From the IMG/VR virus record IMGVR_UViG_3300028914_000003, positions 32,001 through 96,000 of that record: a DNA stretch of 64,000 nucleotides. The stretch is one strand, 5' to 3'. The notes below the pieces were generated by a model. That model was not told where the DNA came from. It saw nothing but the letters and a program-made list of their open reading frames with translations, and searched no databases. Made by a program: the position numbers and the translations under genes. The stretch comes from a virus. Lineage: Duplodnaviria; Caudoviricetes. Below, in pieces: positions 9,122 to 19,514 of this stretch; positions within the stretch are counted from its first letter, which is position 1; every line of letters starts with the position of its first letter.

Positions 9122-12100
9122 TTACGCTGCCTTCTTGTACTCCCCCTTCTCGCTCTTGTGGAGCTCCTGGTTGATCTTCAGGTCCAGGGCGGAGAGGTCC
9201 TTGCGGAGCTTAGCCAGTTGCTCTTCCTTCGTCCATGACTGCTTGATGATAGTCGAGAGCTGCTGGATACGGCTCTCGTTCTCGTCGTAGATTTCCTGCC
9301 AGCCGTGGGCAATGTCGGCGATGCGCTGCAGGGTCTGCAGGGGCAGCGTCGCGGAGATGGCGGCAGAGGTGCGGTTGAGATGACCGGTCTTGTTGACGAT
9401 GTACATCAGTCGGCTGCCGGAGACGTAGAACTGGTTGTCAAAGGTCTCGTGGGGCTTGCCGTCGATGTAGTTCGTATAGGTCGTGGTCTTCACCAGCAGG
9501 GGGAAGCCATAGACGGTGCCTACCTCGACGTGCTTGCCGTCGGTGCGGGCGGTGTCGGCTATCTTCAATAGGGCGCGGCCTATCTCGGCGTTCCAGTCGT
9601 CACTCCCGACGGCAAAACCGTCGGGCACACTAACACCGTTGATGGTGATAGAGTTGACAATCGCACCGTCCCTCTCAAACTTCTTCATGCCGAAAGTAAC
9701 GGCATCCTCCGTCGCGCTCTGGATGTTGCGCTGTAGTGTCTCGTTGTCCTGCTGCAGGCGGTGCTGCTTCTGTTCCTGCTCGTTCTTGTCGCGCAGGAAC
9801 GACTTGCGCTCGGCCTCCAGTGCGGCTATCTGCTTCTCCAGCTTGGCACGGGTCAGCAGGTCGGTATTACCGCTCAGGATAGCCATGTACTCGGAGAAGT
9901 TCATGCCGGTCTTCTCGTCAAACGCTCCCTCGTCAAGGGTACGTATCGAGAGCTGACCGCGCTTCAGCTGGTTGATGAACGTCTGCTTACAGTGCAGGAG
10001 GTTGAACTTATACGAGTCCAGCGACCGCTCCACGGCATAGATTATAATCTCCACCTGATTGTCGTTGAACTGCTTGGCCACCTCGTTACCCTTTCGGATG
10101 GCGCGGCCGTCGCGCTGCTCCAGGTCGGAGGGTCGCCACGGTGTGTCTAAGTGATGCACGGCGACGACACGCTGCTGGGCATTGACACCCGTTCCGAGCA
10201 TCGACGTAGAACCGAACAGCACGCGCACCTTACCCTCGTTGACCTCCTTGATAAGCTGCTGCTTCTTCGAGTCACATTTACATTCCTGTATGAAGCGTAT
10301 CTCCTTCGATGGGATGCCGTACTCCTCGACCAGCTTCCGCTTAATCTCCTCATAGACGTTCCACCCTTTGCCGGCACCCTGATACGTCGAGAGGTCGGAG
10401 AATATCATCTGCGTACCCTTCTGGGCGTCGAACTTGCGGTAGTACTCGTTCACCAGCCAGGCGCACTTCGATGCCTTCGTCCGGGGATGGTCGCCGTAAC
10501 TCTCGTCAATCATCCTCATGTCGAGCGACATCTTACGGGCCATGTCCGTTGCATAGAGCATCTTGGCTCGCTGCTGGGCGTCGGTGACGTGGTACTTGCC
10601 AATCAGGGAGAAGTCGCCGGTCTTAGCAAACTTCATCAGCGTCTCGATAAAGGCCTCCTGGTCGGGCGTCGGCTTGATGTTCAGCAGTCTGGCGTGCTTC
10701 TTCGGACGGTCGATGCCTACGTCCTCGGCGGTGCGGAAGTCCGTTATCTCGTTGTAGAACATGGCCAGCTCAGGCACCTTGATAAAGTAGCGGAAGCGCT
10801 CCTTCAGCACGATCTGGTTGGTCAGTCCAAACTCAAACTCCGCGCTCTTCTTGGTGAAGATGGCAGCCCATGCGTCGAAACAGGTGATGCCCTGCTTGGC
10901 CAGAGCCTGCGGACGCAGATAGCGGAACAGAGAATAGAGCTCGGTCAGCGAGTTCGTCACCGTGGTACCACTGAGGAACGTCGCTCCGAGGTCGCGGCCC
11001 GTCCGCTTCTGGATGGTGCGGATAGCCATCAGCAGATTGAAGGCTCGCTTCGAGCCGTCCGAGTTGCCAAGGCCTGCCACACGGTCGTGACGAGTAGAAA
11101 AACCGAGGTTCTTGAATTGGTGGCTCTCATCGACGAAGATATGGTCGATGCCCATCATACGGAAGTCCACCACGTCGTCGGCACGCCTCTTGATAGCATC
11201 CTGCAGCTTCAGTATCTCGGCCTCCTTGTTGCGCTTGCGGCGCTCCAGACCCTTGCGCATCTGACTGCTGATGCTATAGTCGTGCAGACCGTTCAGTGCC
11301 TGCAGCGAATCCTCAATCTGCTTTAACTCGTCGGCCAGCACCTCCTCCATGATGTCGTCGCTCTGAGGGATACGCCCGAACGAGTCGTGACTCATAATCA
11401 CCACGTCCCAGTTGTTGTTCTTCGCACGGTTCAGGAAGTCAGCACGGGCCTCGCTGCCCGAGTAGTCCTTCTCCGAGGCATAGAGCACCTTCGCCTGGGG
11501 GTAAGCCATGCGGTAGGTGTCGGCAATCTCCTTGACGTTCGCCTTCAGACCGATAATCATCGGCTTGTGGCAGAAGCCCAGGCGCTTCATCTCCGCAGCG
11601 GCGATACACATGATCAGTGTTTTGCCGCCGCCCACCTCGTGGTCACAGATGCCGCCGCCGTTCTGTACCAGCATCCAGATGCAGTCCTTCTGACTCTGAT
11701 AGAGGTCCTTGAAACCCTTGATGTTCTTCGCCAGGTTCTCACGGCTCAGGCCGGGGAACTTCTGATGACTGCCGTCGTACTTCGGCTTCACGAAGCAGTT
11801 GAACTTGCGGTTATAGATACGCGCCGTCTCATCCTTCCACTCCTTGGGCTGACGGATGAGCCAGTCCTGGAAGCCCTGACGGATTTCCTCAATCTTGGCA
11901 TTCGCTAACTGCGTCTTCTCGGGGTCCTCCTCCTTCAGGTGCTCACCCTTGTCGTTATACATACAGCGGCCTTGGCTGTCGCGCTGATACTTCATCATCT
12001 TCGGACAGGTATTCTGCAGGGCATGGATGAACAGCCCCACGCCGTCTATCGACTTCGTGGCCTCACTCGATACCGAGTACTGGCTCCATATCTTCTCATT

Positions 12101-14131
12101 GCGGCAGCTGCACGATACGGCAAACTGGTCCAGCAGTGCGTCGTACTTCACCTTCATCGTCACGCTGCTTCTCCATGCGTAGCTCTCTTCTTCAGAGCCT
12201 TCCGGCATCGAGAAGAACTCCGAGCCAAAGTCGGCATACACCTGCGGGTTCATCCATCGCTCACCCAGATTGAAGTCCAGGTCGGCAAACGGAATCGGTG
12301 CCGGGATAGCATCCTGCAGCGCTCTCATCGACTGCAATATCCGAATCTCCTCGGGAACAACAAGCGACGGCAGTTTTCGTTCAGTGCTCGGCGCTTCAGC
12401 GTCGAGATACATTGCCACCTTGGGAAATTTCCCCTTAATTTCCTCTAATTTCCCAATCACATCCCCGGCAATAAACTTCGCCTTGATCTCAAACTCACCG
12501 TTCAGCGGGTTATAGAACACCTCGCCGTCCAGCTCCCTGAGTATCTCGTCCTCGGTCAGCCCCGTCATAGCCGTCATATACCCCATGTCCGGCTTGCCGT
12601 AGTCATTCAGGCTCTGCGCCAGCGCATCCTGTGCCGTCTTCGCCTCGTGCAGCTCCTCCGTCGAGAACGCCACCGGCTTCTGGAAGATGTCGGCCTTGTG
12701 CGCCACACCTTTCTCGTCTCGATATTCTAACGATAATATATCCTCAATCTTCAGCTTCTTTGCAGCTGGCTTGTTATGGCAGTTATTCAGGCAGCCAAAG
12801 TCAAGTTGAAACTCGTCATAGAGCCTGTTCAACTCCTTGCGCAGCTCCGTATTCTCTTCCTGCTTGGTAGCCTCGTATTCATACAACTCCGTATAAACCT
12901 TGTGCATTGCCAGCATCTTCTCTTCACGCTCCGTCATCTTCGGCTCCTGCTGAGAACTCTGATTACTCTGAGTATTCCGAGTGTTCTGATTACTCTCAAA
13001 CAGCCCCTTGTCAAACTTCTCCGCCATATCCTTCGCCAGTACATCGCCCATCTGCTTGCTGATGCCGCTCACCCCGTCACGGTGCATATAGACGAACCCA
13101 GGCTTGCCGTAAGCATCCGTGTCTCTCTCCGTCGAAGTCGCAATCACATGGTCCTGATAGCACTGGAAGTACAGGTTCGTCGGACACCCCTCGTCCTCAT
13201 ACTGCGTCAGCAGCATACTCTCATCGGCGGTGATACCCTGCTTGTGCGAGTCCTTCTGCAGCACCAGCAGGTCAGTACCAACCTCGGTACCGGCTTCCTT
13301 AAACAGGTTGTTCGCCAGACGGTAGGCACCAATCAGCCGTGCCTGCTTCAGTGCCTCGGCCAACTGCTCCCCGTCGCGGTTCAGGTAGTTCGAGGTGATG
13401 ATATACGCCTCGATGCCGCCATCCCTCAGACAGTCAAGCCCCTTCAGCACATAGTAGCGGTGGATATACCGCACCGCCTCCCGACGCACCGCCTCCTTCG
13501 AGTTCGAGTACGCAGCGTCGAACACCCTGATATCCCCGAACGGCACATTCGTAGCCACCAGGTCAAACAGCCCCAGCTCCGAGTTAGGGATAGTCTCGAA
13601 ACCCTTCGTGTGAACGACGGTTTTCCCGTCGTTAAACTGTCTGTCGAGTATCAGCCCCTGCAGCAGGTCTTTCTCGTAGGCCGTCACCTGCATCTCGTTA
13701 CCGTCAACAATAGAAGCGAACAAACCGCCTCTCATAAAGATACCGTTACCGGCAGCAGGATCCAGCATAGACTTCAGGCGAACACGTTTTTCATAAAACG
13801 AATGCTGAAACCCATATATGCTACTAAAGATAGCTGTCACCATCTCCTTCGGCGTATAGTACGCCGTCAGTACGCTGCTCTTCAGGCTCTGCCACCAGGC
13901 ATCATACTTGTTTCCGTTGCCTGCTGCCTTCACCAGCATCTGGCGAAGACGTACCGTGTCCTCGTAATAGACCTGGTCACTCTTGCTCCATGTGGACTTG
14001 TCGCCAGTATTCAGCAGGAAGTTCATCCCGCCGAAGCCGCTGTACTTCGCCAGCACATCCCGGTCGTTCCCCCCGTTCAGCGCATGCTCTATCGCCGCGA
14101 GATTATCGCGCAGTCTCTGTAACTTGCTCAT
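9122..14131 (-). CDS. DarB-like N6-adenine methyltransferase / SNF2 helicase fusion
   Basis: MLDPAAGNG and ATNVPFG methylase motifs; DHEVGGGKT Walker A, FVDESHQFKN motif II, LSGT, HLDTPWRPSDLEQRDGRAIRKGN motif VI; 1669 aa. Confidence 0.9.
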   Translation of the reverse strand: MSKLQRLRDNLAAIEHALNGGNDRDVLAKYSGFGGMNFLLNTGDKSTWSKSDQVYYEDTVRLRQMLVKAAGNGNKYDAWWQSLKSSVLTAYYTPKEMVTAIFSSIYGFQHSFYEKRVRLKSMLDPAAGNGIFMRGGLFASIVDGNEMQVTAYEKDLLQGLILDRQFNDGKTVVHTKGFETIPNSELGLFDLVATNVPFGDIRVFDAAYSNSKEAVRREAVRYIHRYYVLKGLDCLRDGGIEAYIITSNYLNRDGEQLAEALKQARLIGAYRLANNLFKEAGTEVGTDLLVLQKDSHKQGITADESMLLTQYEDEGCPTNLYFQCYQDHVIATSTERDTDAYGKPGFVYMHRDGVSGISKQMGDVLAKDMAEKFDKGLFESNQNTRNTQSNQSSQQEPKMTEREEKMLAMHKVYTELYEYEATKQEENTELRKELNRLYDEFQLDFGCLNNCHNKPAAKKLKIEDILSLEYRDEKGVAHKADIFQKPVAFSTEELHEAKTAQDALAQSLNDYGKPDMGYMTAMTGLTEDEILRELDGEVFYNPLNGEFEIKAKFIAGDVIGKLEEIKGKFPKVAMYLDAEAPSTERKLPSLVVPEEIRILQSMRALQDAIPAPIPFADLDFNLGERWMNPQVYADFGSEFFSMPEGSEEESYAWRSSVTMKVKYDALLDQFAVSCSCRNEKIWSQYSVSSEATKSIDGVGLFIHALQNTCPKMMKYQRDSQGRCMYNDKGEHLKEEDPEKTQLANAKIEEIRQGFQDWLIRQPKEWKDETARIYNRKFNCFVKPKYDGSHQKFPGLSRENLAKNIKGFKDLYQSQKDCIWMLVQNGGGICDHEVGGGKTLIMCIAAAEMKRLGFCHKPMIIGLKANVKEIADTYRMAYPQAKVLYASEKDYSGSEARADFLNRAKNNNWDVVIMSHDSFGRIPQSDDIMEEVLADELKQIEDSLQALNGLHDYSISSQMRKGLERRKRNKEAEILKLQDAIKRRADDVVDFRMMGIDHIFVDESHQFKNLGFSTRHDRVAGLGNSDGSKRAFNLLMAIRTIQKRTGRDLGATFLSGTTVTNSLTELYSLFRYLRPQALAKQGITCFDAWAAIFTKKSAEFEFGLTNQIVLKERFRYFIKVPELAMFYNEITDFRTAEDVGIDRPKKHARLLNIKPTPDQEAFIETLMKFAKTGDFSLIGKYHVTDAQQRAKMLYATDMARKMSLDMRMIDESYGDHPRTKASKCAWLVNEYYRKFDAQKGTQMIFSDLSTYQGAGKGWNVYEEIKRKLVEEYGIPSKEIRFIQECKCDSKKQQLIKEVNEGKVRVLFGSTSMLGTGVNAQQRVVAVHHLDTPWRPSDLEQRDGRAIRKGNEVAKQFNDNQVEIIIYAVERSLDSYKFNLLHCKQTFINQLKRGQLSIRTLDEGAFDEKTGMNFSEYMAILSGNTDLLTRAKLEKQIAALEAERKSFLRDKNEQEQKQHRLQQDNETLQRNIQSATEDAVTFGMKKFERDGAIVNSITINGVSVPDGFAVGSDDWNAEIGRALLKIADTARTDGKHVEVGTVYGFPLLVKTTTYTNYIDGKPHETFDNQFYVSGSRLMYIVNKTGHLNRTSAAISATLPLQTLQRIADIAHGWQEIYDENESRIQQLSTIIKQSWTKEEQLAKLRKDLSALDLKINQELHKSEKGEYKKAA

Positions 14132-14152
14132 AGTCGTATCTCGTTTTAGTTG

Positions 14153-14446
14153 TTAATCCCATTCACCGAAGGCGATGAGTCCGCAGACCTCGTTGTCGCA
14201 CGTCAGCACATACACAATCCATTCGTTGTCGAACTTCCAGAAGAACTCCTCCATGCCGTCGATGTCAGCGGGAGGTATCTCAGAGTGGTGATGACTCGCA
14301 ACATAGCCCGCAAGATTCTCTCCGTCCTCGGCAATACTCTCGACGCTCTTCAGGTGGTACTTGCCGTCATCCCAGTTGTCGTCATTAAACATACGCAGCG
14401 CTCTCAGCACCTCGTTGTTGCTCATTGCATAGCTTTCAATTTTCAT
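14153..14446 (-). CDS. acidic hypothetical protein
   Basis: Likely start MKIESY within ORF 14153..14497. Confidence 0.6.
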   Translation of the reverse strand: MKIESYAMSNNEVLRALRMFNDDNWDDGKYHLKSVESIAEDGENLAGYVASHHHSEIPPADIDGMEEFFWKFDNEWIVYVLTCDNEVCGLIAFGEWD

Positions 14447-14462
14447 AATTGTCTCGATTTTA

Positions 14463-14690
14463 TTTGGTCGTTTCAAAAATTGTTCGTACCTTTGCACCCA
14501 GAAGATGGCCGATACCTATCGGCACAGCCATCTTTCGGACTTTAGAGAATTTTCACCCGAAGACGGATGAAAGTGAATCTCCAAATCCTGGCAAATACAA
14601 TCTCAACCATTGTAATGCAGGGTTTGAACGACGGGAATAAGCCCGTCTCTCAGGGAGCGAATAACTGACGTTCGCCCTCTTTTTTTATTT
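14463..14690 (+). ncRNA. putative self-contained structured small RNA (or 33-aa sORF 14567-14668) opposing the early operon
   Basis: TTTG (14463) and TACCTTTG (14487) promoter boxes, consecutive hairpins, terminator hairpin and T-tract at 14653-14687. Confidence 0.5.
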
Positions 14691-14723
14691 GCGAATAATT
14701 CGTGGTAGTTCGTGTTCGTATCC

Positions 14724-16103
14724 TCACGCCGCCTTCTTCGTTTTCGTTTTCGTTGCCTTAGCATAGCTGCTGTGCTGGAACACAAACCGCACCGCCGCCA
14801 TGACGCTCACACTCCGTAAGCCGTCGGCGTGCATCGTGCTCATACACTCCCGCTGGCCTTTGCCAATCTCGATACCCACCAGCAGGTGCAGCATCATCCA
14901 GTCGAAGTCCGTCACCGTCACCTCGTCGTTGATGGCCGACGTGCTGAACGCCTCGGTCACGCTGCCAAGCTGCTGCAGGATCTTCGCCTTTGTGAGCACC
15001 GACATCTTGCGGTTTGTTTCAGACACGACCGCCCTTCCGTAACGCTCCTGCCATGGAGTAGGCTCGTTGCCGAACTTCAGCCACGGCTCGAACAGCCCGA
15101 TAACCTTGTCGACATCCTCCGTCACAGGGCCATCCTCCCATTCCAGGTGGACGTTTCCGAGGGCGTACTTGTCGGTCTTGAACTTGAACGTCGTGCCGGG
15201 GAACTTCGCCTTGAGCATCGTCTTCAGGTTGGCGACGGCCACCTCCTGCTTCTCCCTGTCCGATAGTCCGGCACTGATAGCAATCAGCTTCTCGCTCCAC
15301 TCCTCAATCAGCGGCTTCTGCTCGGCCAGCAGCTTCGCCTTGCGCTCCGCCTCGATGCGCAGCTGCTCCTGGCGCTTCCATGCAATCTCGGCAATCAGCG
15401 TGTCGAGCTGTGAGTGGAACATCGTGCCGTACATCGAAGGCATATAATACTCGCCAATGCTCTGGTCACCCTTGGGGTTGCCGAACATACAGTAGTGCTC
15501 TGAGCGGAACATCACCACCTTGGCTAAACGCCTTTCCTTGTGGATGCCATTGAAGGGGTCGGGTTTCTGCAAAACATCCCAGCCGCCGTAGATGTCGCCG
15601 GCCAGCCATTCATAGAAGAACGTTCCGAAGAACTCTTCATCGGTCATAGTGAACACCTTCTCAATCATCACCACCACCATCTCGTCGTTCACGCCATCCT
15701 TTAGCACGGCCTCCAGAACACCATCAGCTTTCTTGTCGCAGTAGGTGCCCTTCAACTTCCAGGCATAGACATACTCGCCAGCCTTCCATTCCAGGTGGCT
15801 CTTCTGCTTGTTCTTCCTCGCCTGCTCGATAGCCTGCTCCACCTTGCGGCGCTCACGCTCCTTGCGCTCACGCTCCGCCCGTTCCCTGGCCTCACGCTCC
15901 CTACGCTCCCTACCCTTGCGGGCCTTGGTATAGTCGCCAGCCAGCTCTGCCTTGCGCTCCTCATACTGCGCCTGCATCTCCTGGAACTTGGCGGTAGCCT
16001 CCGGGTCGTTGGGGTTCCTGTCCGGGTGCAACTGAATCACGAGCCGCTTGTGCTCCTGCTCCAGCTGCTCCGTAGTCATGCAATTATCGAAATATCCTTT
16101 CAT
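14724..16103 (-). CDS. J-domain (DnaJ-like) protein with LPD29-like C-terminal domain
   Basis: N-terminal KRLVIQLHPDRNPNDPEATAKFQEM (HPD motif); C-terminal LKAKFPGTTFKFK...HLEWEDGP resembles LPD29. Confidence 0.7.
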   Translation of the reverse strand: MKGYFDNCMTTEQLEQEHKRLVIQLHPDRNPNDPEATAKFQEMQAQYEERKAELAGDYTKARKGRERREREARERAERERKERERRKVEQAIEQARKNKQKSHLEWKAGEYVYAWKLKGTYCDKKADGVLEAVLKDGVNDEMVVVMIEKVFTMTDEEFFGTFFYEWLAGDIYGGWDVLQKPDPFNGIHKERRLAKVVMFRSEHYCMFGNPKGDQSIGEYYMPSMYGTMFHSQLDTLIAEIAWKRQEQLRIEAERKAKLLAEQKPLIEEWSEKLIAISAGLSDREKQEVAVANLKTMLKAKFPGTTFKFKTDKYALGNVHLEWEDGPVTEDVDKVIGLFEPWLKFGNEPTPWQERYGRAVVSETNRKMSVLTKAKILQQLGSVTEAFSTSAINDEVTVTDFDWMMLHLLVGIEIGKGQRECMSTMHADGLRSVSVMAAVRFVFQHSSYAKATKTKTKKAA

Positions 16104-16138
16104 GTTGCTTCAAAGTTTCATGTTTTATGTTTCAAGTT

Positions 16139-16468
16139 TCACGCTGCCATGCCATACCACATCCGCTCCAACTGGTTGCGCAACTCGTCGCACTCCTGTT
16201 TCGTAGGTTCGTGGTCGCAGGAGGCAAATGGCTTGTCGGCGGTGCCTACCCGGAAGTATGGCGTCCATGCAACATTCTCCTGCCAGAAGATAATCAGATA
16301 CCACCGCTTCCCATGCTTCTGCACGAGATAGCCGTCCCAGTCGCCAGCACTGCTGGTAGTGTTCCACAACTCAGCCCTCACCACGCCGTTCACATCGTTG
16401 GCAAGGAACCTCTCGGGAGCGTACCATGTACCCTCCACTTCCCATTTTCTGTTTGTCAATAGTGCCAT
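16139..16468 (-). CDS. hypothetical protein
   Basis: 109-aa ORF in operon. Confidence 0.6.
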   Translation of the reverse strand: MALLTNRKWEVEGTWYAPERFLANDVNGVVRAELWNTTSSAGDWDGYLVQKHGKRWYLIIFWQENVAWTPYFRVGTADKPFASCDHEPTKQECDELRNQLERMWYGMAA

Positions 16469-16499
16469 AATCGCTGATGTTTTGATGTTTATAATCCGT

Positions 16500-16811
16500 T
16501 TACGCCTCGTAGCTCAGTTCAAAGTGGTGATACGTATAGTTCTCGTGGAAGATGAATCCGGCGATGTCGCCGAAGTACTCCCACTTTTCGAGCGTGTCTT
16601 CGGGATAGTCCATGAAGAGGTCATCCCGCATGTGCTGCTCAGCATACAGGCCAGGATATTCCTTGATGCACTCGTCAGCCTTCTTGCGGTACTTGTCGCG
16701 CTGCTTGTTGTAATACGCCTGCGCTTCCTCCAGGTTGTCAAAGCACTTGTCGGGATAGTTATGGTGACCGTCCGGCTCATAGTTTGCTCTGTGTGATACA
16801 ATGTACTCCAT
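16500..16811 (-). CDS. hypothetical protein
   Basis: 103-aa ORF in operon. Confidence 0.6.
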   Translation of the reverse strand: MEYIVSHRANYEPDGHHNYPDKCFDNLEEAQAYYNKQRDKYRKKADECIKEYPGLYAEQHMRDDLFMDYPEDTLEKWEYFGDIAGFIFHENYTYHHFELSYEA

Positions 16812-16871
16812 AATTCTGAATGATTTTTTTGAATAATTTTCTGTTAATTTTGAGCGAAGCGACCCGATGAC

Positions 16872-17795
16872 TCAGGCCGCCTGCCTGAATTGTTTCAGCA
16901 GCGCGGCCCTTAACCTCTCCGCAAGAGTAGGCTCTGCCTTGGTTTCAGGTTTTACGTCGGCCCTATTGTCAACCACCACCGTTCCCAGATCCGCACCGAC
17001 CCACTTCTCCAGGTCGAACGTGCTGTAGTAGCGCTTGTCAACCGTACATGTAGTGACGTCGGCATCCAATAGAGGCATTATCAGCAGCAGCGTGTCCTCG
17101 CCGACGAACAGCACCGCACGGCTGCTGTCCACGAAGCGCATCTCCGTAGGCTGCATAGCCAGCAGGTCGCGCAGATACTTGCCGTTCAGCGATACCCACA
17201 TCTTGTAGGGCATCTCGCCGACGCCGACATCCTTCTGTCCGCGCTCGTCCATGTCGTAGTTCTCCCAGCAGAAAGCCAGCGTCTTGCTGCCCTGCTCTCC
17301 ATAGAGCCTGACGGGATAGATGCTGCTGTCCTGCTTTGCCACGATTTCCTTCAGCGCAGCGTCCCACGCCTTCCAGTCCACGTCAATAGGCCAGCCAGTA
17401 GTCTGGGGAATGACCGAACGCCAACGAGGATAGCGGCTCGTCTGCCGCAGCTCAGCCGTCTCGCCCTTCTCGTCGGTAGCCGTGGTCACCGTCTCGTAGC
17501 CGTCGATGGCCACCGTCACCTCTACCCTGCCCTTCATCTGCAGCACCTCCTTGGGCAGCATCATCATGTCGCCCAGCACAGCGCCGTCGCTCGGGTCAAA
17601 GTGATAGTCCTTCAGCTTGTGGGCCGCCAGCACATGGCCGGTAGTAGCCACCATGATACCCGTCTCCATCTCAATAGCCGGAAAAACCTTGAACACGTTA
17701 GGGTCTTTCTTTTCCAGACACTTCTTCATCTTCTGAAGCATCTTGTCGGCAGTGAACTGAATCCGTGCCGACACGTTTTTTGTCGTCTTTTTCAT
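16872..17795 (-). CDS. DNA polymerase III beta-clamp-like protein (truncated, about two domains)
   Basis: MVATTGHVLA, YPRWRSVIP, LNGKYLRDLL, LLIMPL match DnaN motifs VATDGHRL / YPDYRRVIP / FNxxYLLD / LIMP. Confidence 0.65.
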   Translation of the reverse strand: MKKTTKNVSARIQFTADKMLQKMKKCLEKKDPNVFKVFPAIEMETGIMVATTGHVLAAHKLKDYHFDPSDGAVLGDMMMLPKEVLQMKGRVEVTVAIDGYETVTTATDEKGETAELRQTSRYPRWRSVIPQTTGWPIDVDWKAWDAALKEIVAKQDSSIYPVRLYGEQGSKTLAFCWENYDMDERGQKDVGVGEMPYKMWVSLNGKYLRDLLAMQPTEMRFVDSSRAVLFVGEDTLLLIMPLLDADVTTCTVDKRYYSTFDLEKWVGADLGTVVVDNRADVKPETKAEPTLAERLRAALLKQFRQAA

Positions 17796-17990
17796 ACACG
17801 TATATGTTTGGGGGTTAATTACTGTCGTTCAAAAAGACCGGCGGGCTTCACAGCAGGCCGGGCTTCCACTCAAAATCATCAATGGGCCGCCGGAGCACCC
17901 GGCTGGCCCTACAATTATGAAAACACAAATGTATAGTGCCCCGCATCCCATCAAAGGGTAGGCTCTTGTGGCCGTGCAGGGCGATAGGGT

Positions 17991-18620
17991 TCAGTTCTGT
18001 ATCGACGTGAGAATGCCATTCTCGAAATACAGGTAGTTGTGTCCGCCGTAGCACCACTGCTCATGCTCGCCGTATCTTCCTGTGCTGCGGTTGATGTCGC
18101 GCGGCCTGCCCCAAGCCGCGCGGCACTGCTCGGCGGTCATGCCGAGGCACACCTGGCCCTTGTGGATAATCGTGGCCGTCTCCTCGTCACACCCGAGCTT
18201 CTCCATGATACGCTCGATAGGCTTCATCTTCGCACGCCTCTCCGCCTCTCGCCTGGCAGCTTCCGCCTCGGCCTTCTTTCGCGCCGCCTCCTGATCCTTC
18301 ACGGCCTGCTGGCAGATGCCGTTGGCCGTGACGTACTCCGCAGCGTCGGGGTGGTACTTCTTCATCATGGCGAGGTTCGTCTTCAGCGCGTCGTACTCCT
18401 TCGCCGCATAGTTCTCACGGATAGCGGCCAGCAGCTTGCCCGGTGCGTAGCGGTAGCCGTCCAGCTCCTTCTGCAGGTCGGCATAGTCAGCCGACAGTTT
18501 CTTACACACAGCCGTCAGGCTGTCCGTCATTCTCACCTGGGCGTCGTACTTTCTCTGGTCAACGCCACAACTCGTCAGCAGCATTACCACGGCTGCCGTC
18601 ATCCAAATAAATCTCTTCAT
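17991..18620 (-). CDS. lipoprotein with C-terminal BamE/SmpA-like domain
   Basis: Lipobox LLTSC; coiled coil; GMTAEQCRAAWGRP...EQWCY...LYFENGILTSIQ. Confidence 0.7.
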   Translation of the reverse strand: MKRFIWMTAAVVMLLTSCGVDQRKYDAQVRMTDSLTAVCKKLSADYADLQKELDGYRYAPGKLLAAIRENYAAKEYDALKTNLAMMKKYHPDAAEYVTANGICQQAVKDQEAARKKAEAEAARREAERRAKMKPIERIMEKLGCDEETATIIHKGQVCLGMTAEQCRAAWGRPRDINRSTGRYGEHEQWCYGGHNYLYFENGILTSIQN

Positions 18621-18661
18621 AATCTCGTTGTTTTTTTAATGGGTTAATAATTCGTGATTGT

Positions 18662-19093
18662 TCAAATTTTCGCAATGATATCCTGGAACACGACGCTCTC
18701 GCTCCACCACTCCTCGGAGAGGTGGCCGTGCTCCTCGCCCCACTCTTCCAGCAGGTCATGCACCTCGTCGTCATAGTCCGTCTCCAAAGGCCGGCGCTGC
18801 TCGTAGCACACATTAACCTGTGCCTTAATCACTGCCACGATGCTTGCGCCAAGCTGCTCCCTCACATAGTTCAGAGCCTCGGTGAGCTCAGGGAAGCCAT
18901 CCTCCTCCGGCTCATCGTCCTCGTCGAAGTCCTCCACCTCGGCCTTCACGAAGCCGTCGGCATGAGCCGCATAGTAGAAGGGCTCGTTCTTCACCTTCTC
19001 CAGGGCGATGGCCTGTGCCTGCTCGTCCGTCTCAGCCTCGATGCCGTATAGTATCTTCGACACCGTGATATCCATAAACACTTTGTACTTCAT
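18662..19093 (-). CDS. acidic hypothetical protein
   Basis: Likely start MKYKVF. Confidence 0.65.
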   Translation of the reverse strand: MKYKVFMDITVSKILYGIEAETDEQAQAIALEKVKNEPFYYAAHADGFVKAEVEDFDEDDEPEEDGFPELTEALNYVREQLGASIVAVIKAQVNVCYEQRRPLETDYDDEVHDLLEEWGEEHGHLSEEWWSESVVFQDIIAKI

Positions 19094-19112
19094 AGTCTCT
19101 TTTCGTTTAAGT

Positions 19113-19511
19113 TCATTCACAAATCCACCAGAAACCCACATATAGCACGTTGCCCTCACGCTTGAACTCCACCTCGGCAGAGTCGGGCTCGATGCAGTTG
19201 TCCTTCAGTCCCGTCTCCCAGTCACGGAAGATGCCCTCATAGTAGCGGAAGAAGTCGTCACGCATAGAGAAGAAGTCCGTCACAGCCGGACAGGCCTTCA
19301 GCTCGATACGGATGGTGTTGCTCGACTCGCTCCACTGTGCATCGACGATGCAGTCCAGATAGAGGTTGTCGCAGTCCACTTTCACAGGCCCCGTCATGTG
19401 GCTCTTGCGGCCTTTCATGTCGGCGCACTCATAGCAGCCCTGGAACACCTCGTCACGCAGGCTGTCGTCAATCAGGTTCTTGCCGTCGAACGGCGCAGGT
19501 ATTCTTTTCAT
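19113..19511 (-). CDS. hypothetical protein
   Basis: 132-aa ORF in operon. Confidence 0.65.
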   Translation of the reverse strand: MKRIPAPFDGKNLIDDSLRDEVFQGCYECADMKGRKSHMTGPVKVDCDNLYLDCIVDAQWSESSNTIRIELKACPAVTDFFSMRDDFFRYYEGIFRDWETGLKDNCIEPDSAEVEFKREGNVLYVGFWWICE

Positions 19512-19514
19512 AAC

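Noticed and set aside
9305-14122. Long + strand ORFs inside the helicase-methylase gene
   Set aside because: Antisense shadows caused by GC3-rich codon usage.
14463-14690. tmRNA
   Set aside because: No tRNA-like ends and no tag reading frame ending in AA.
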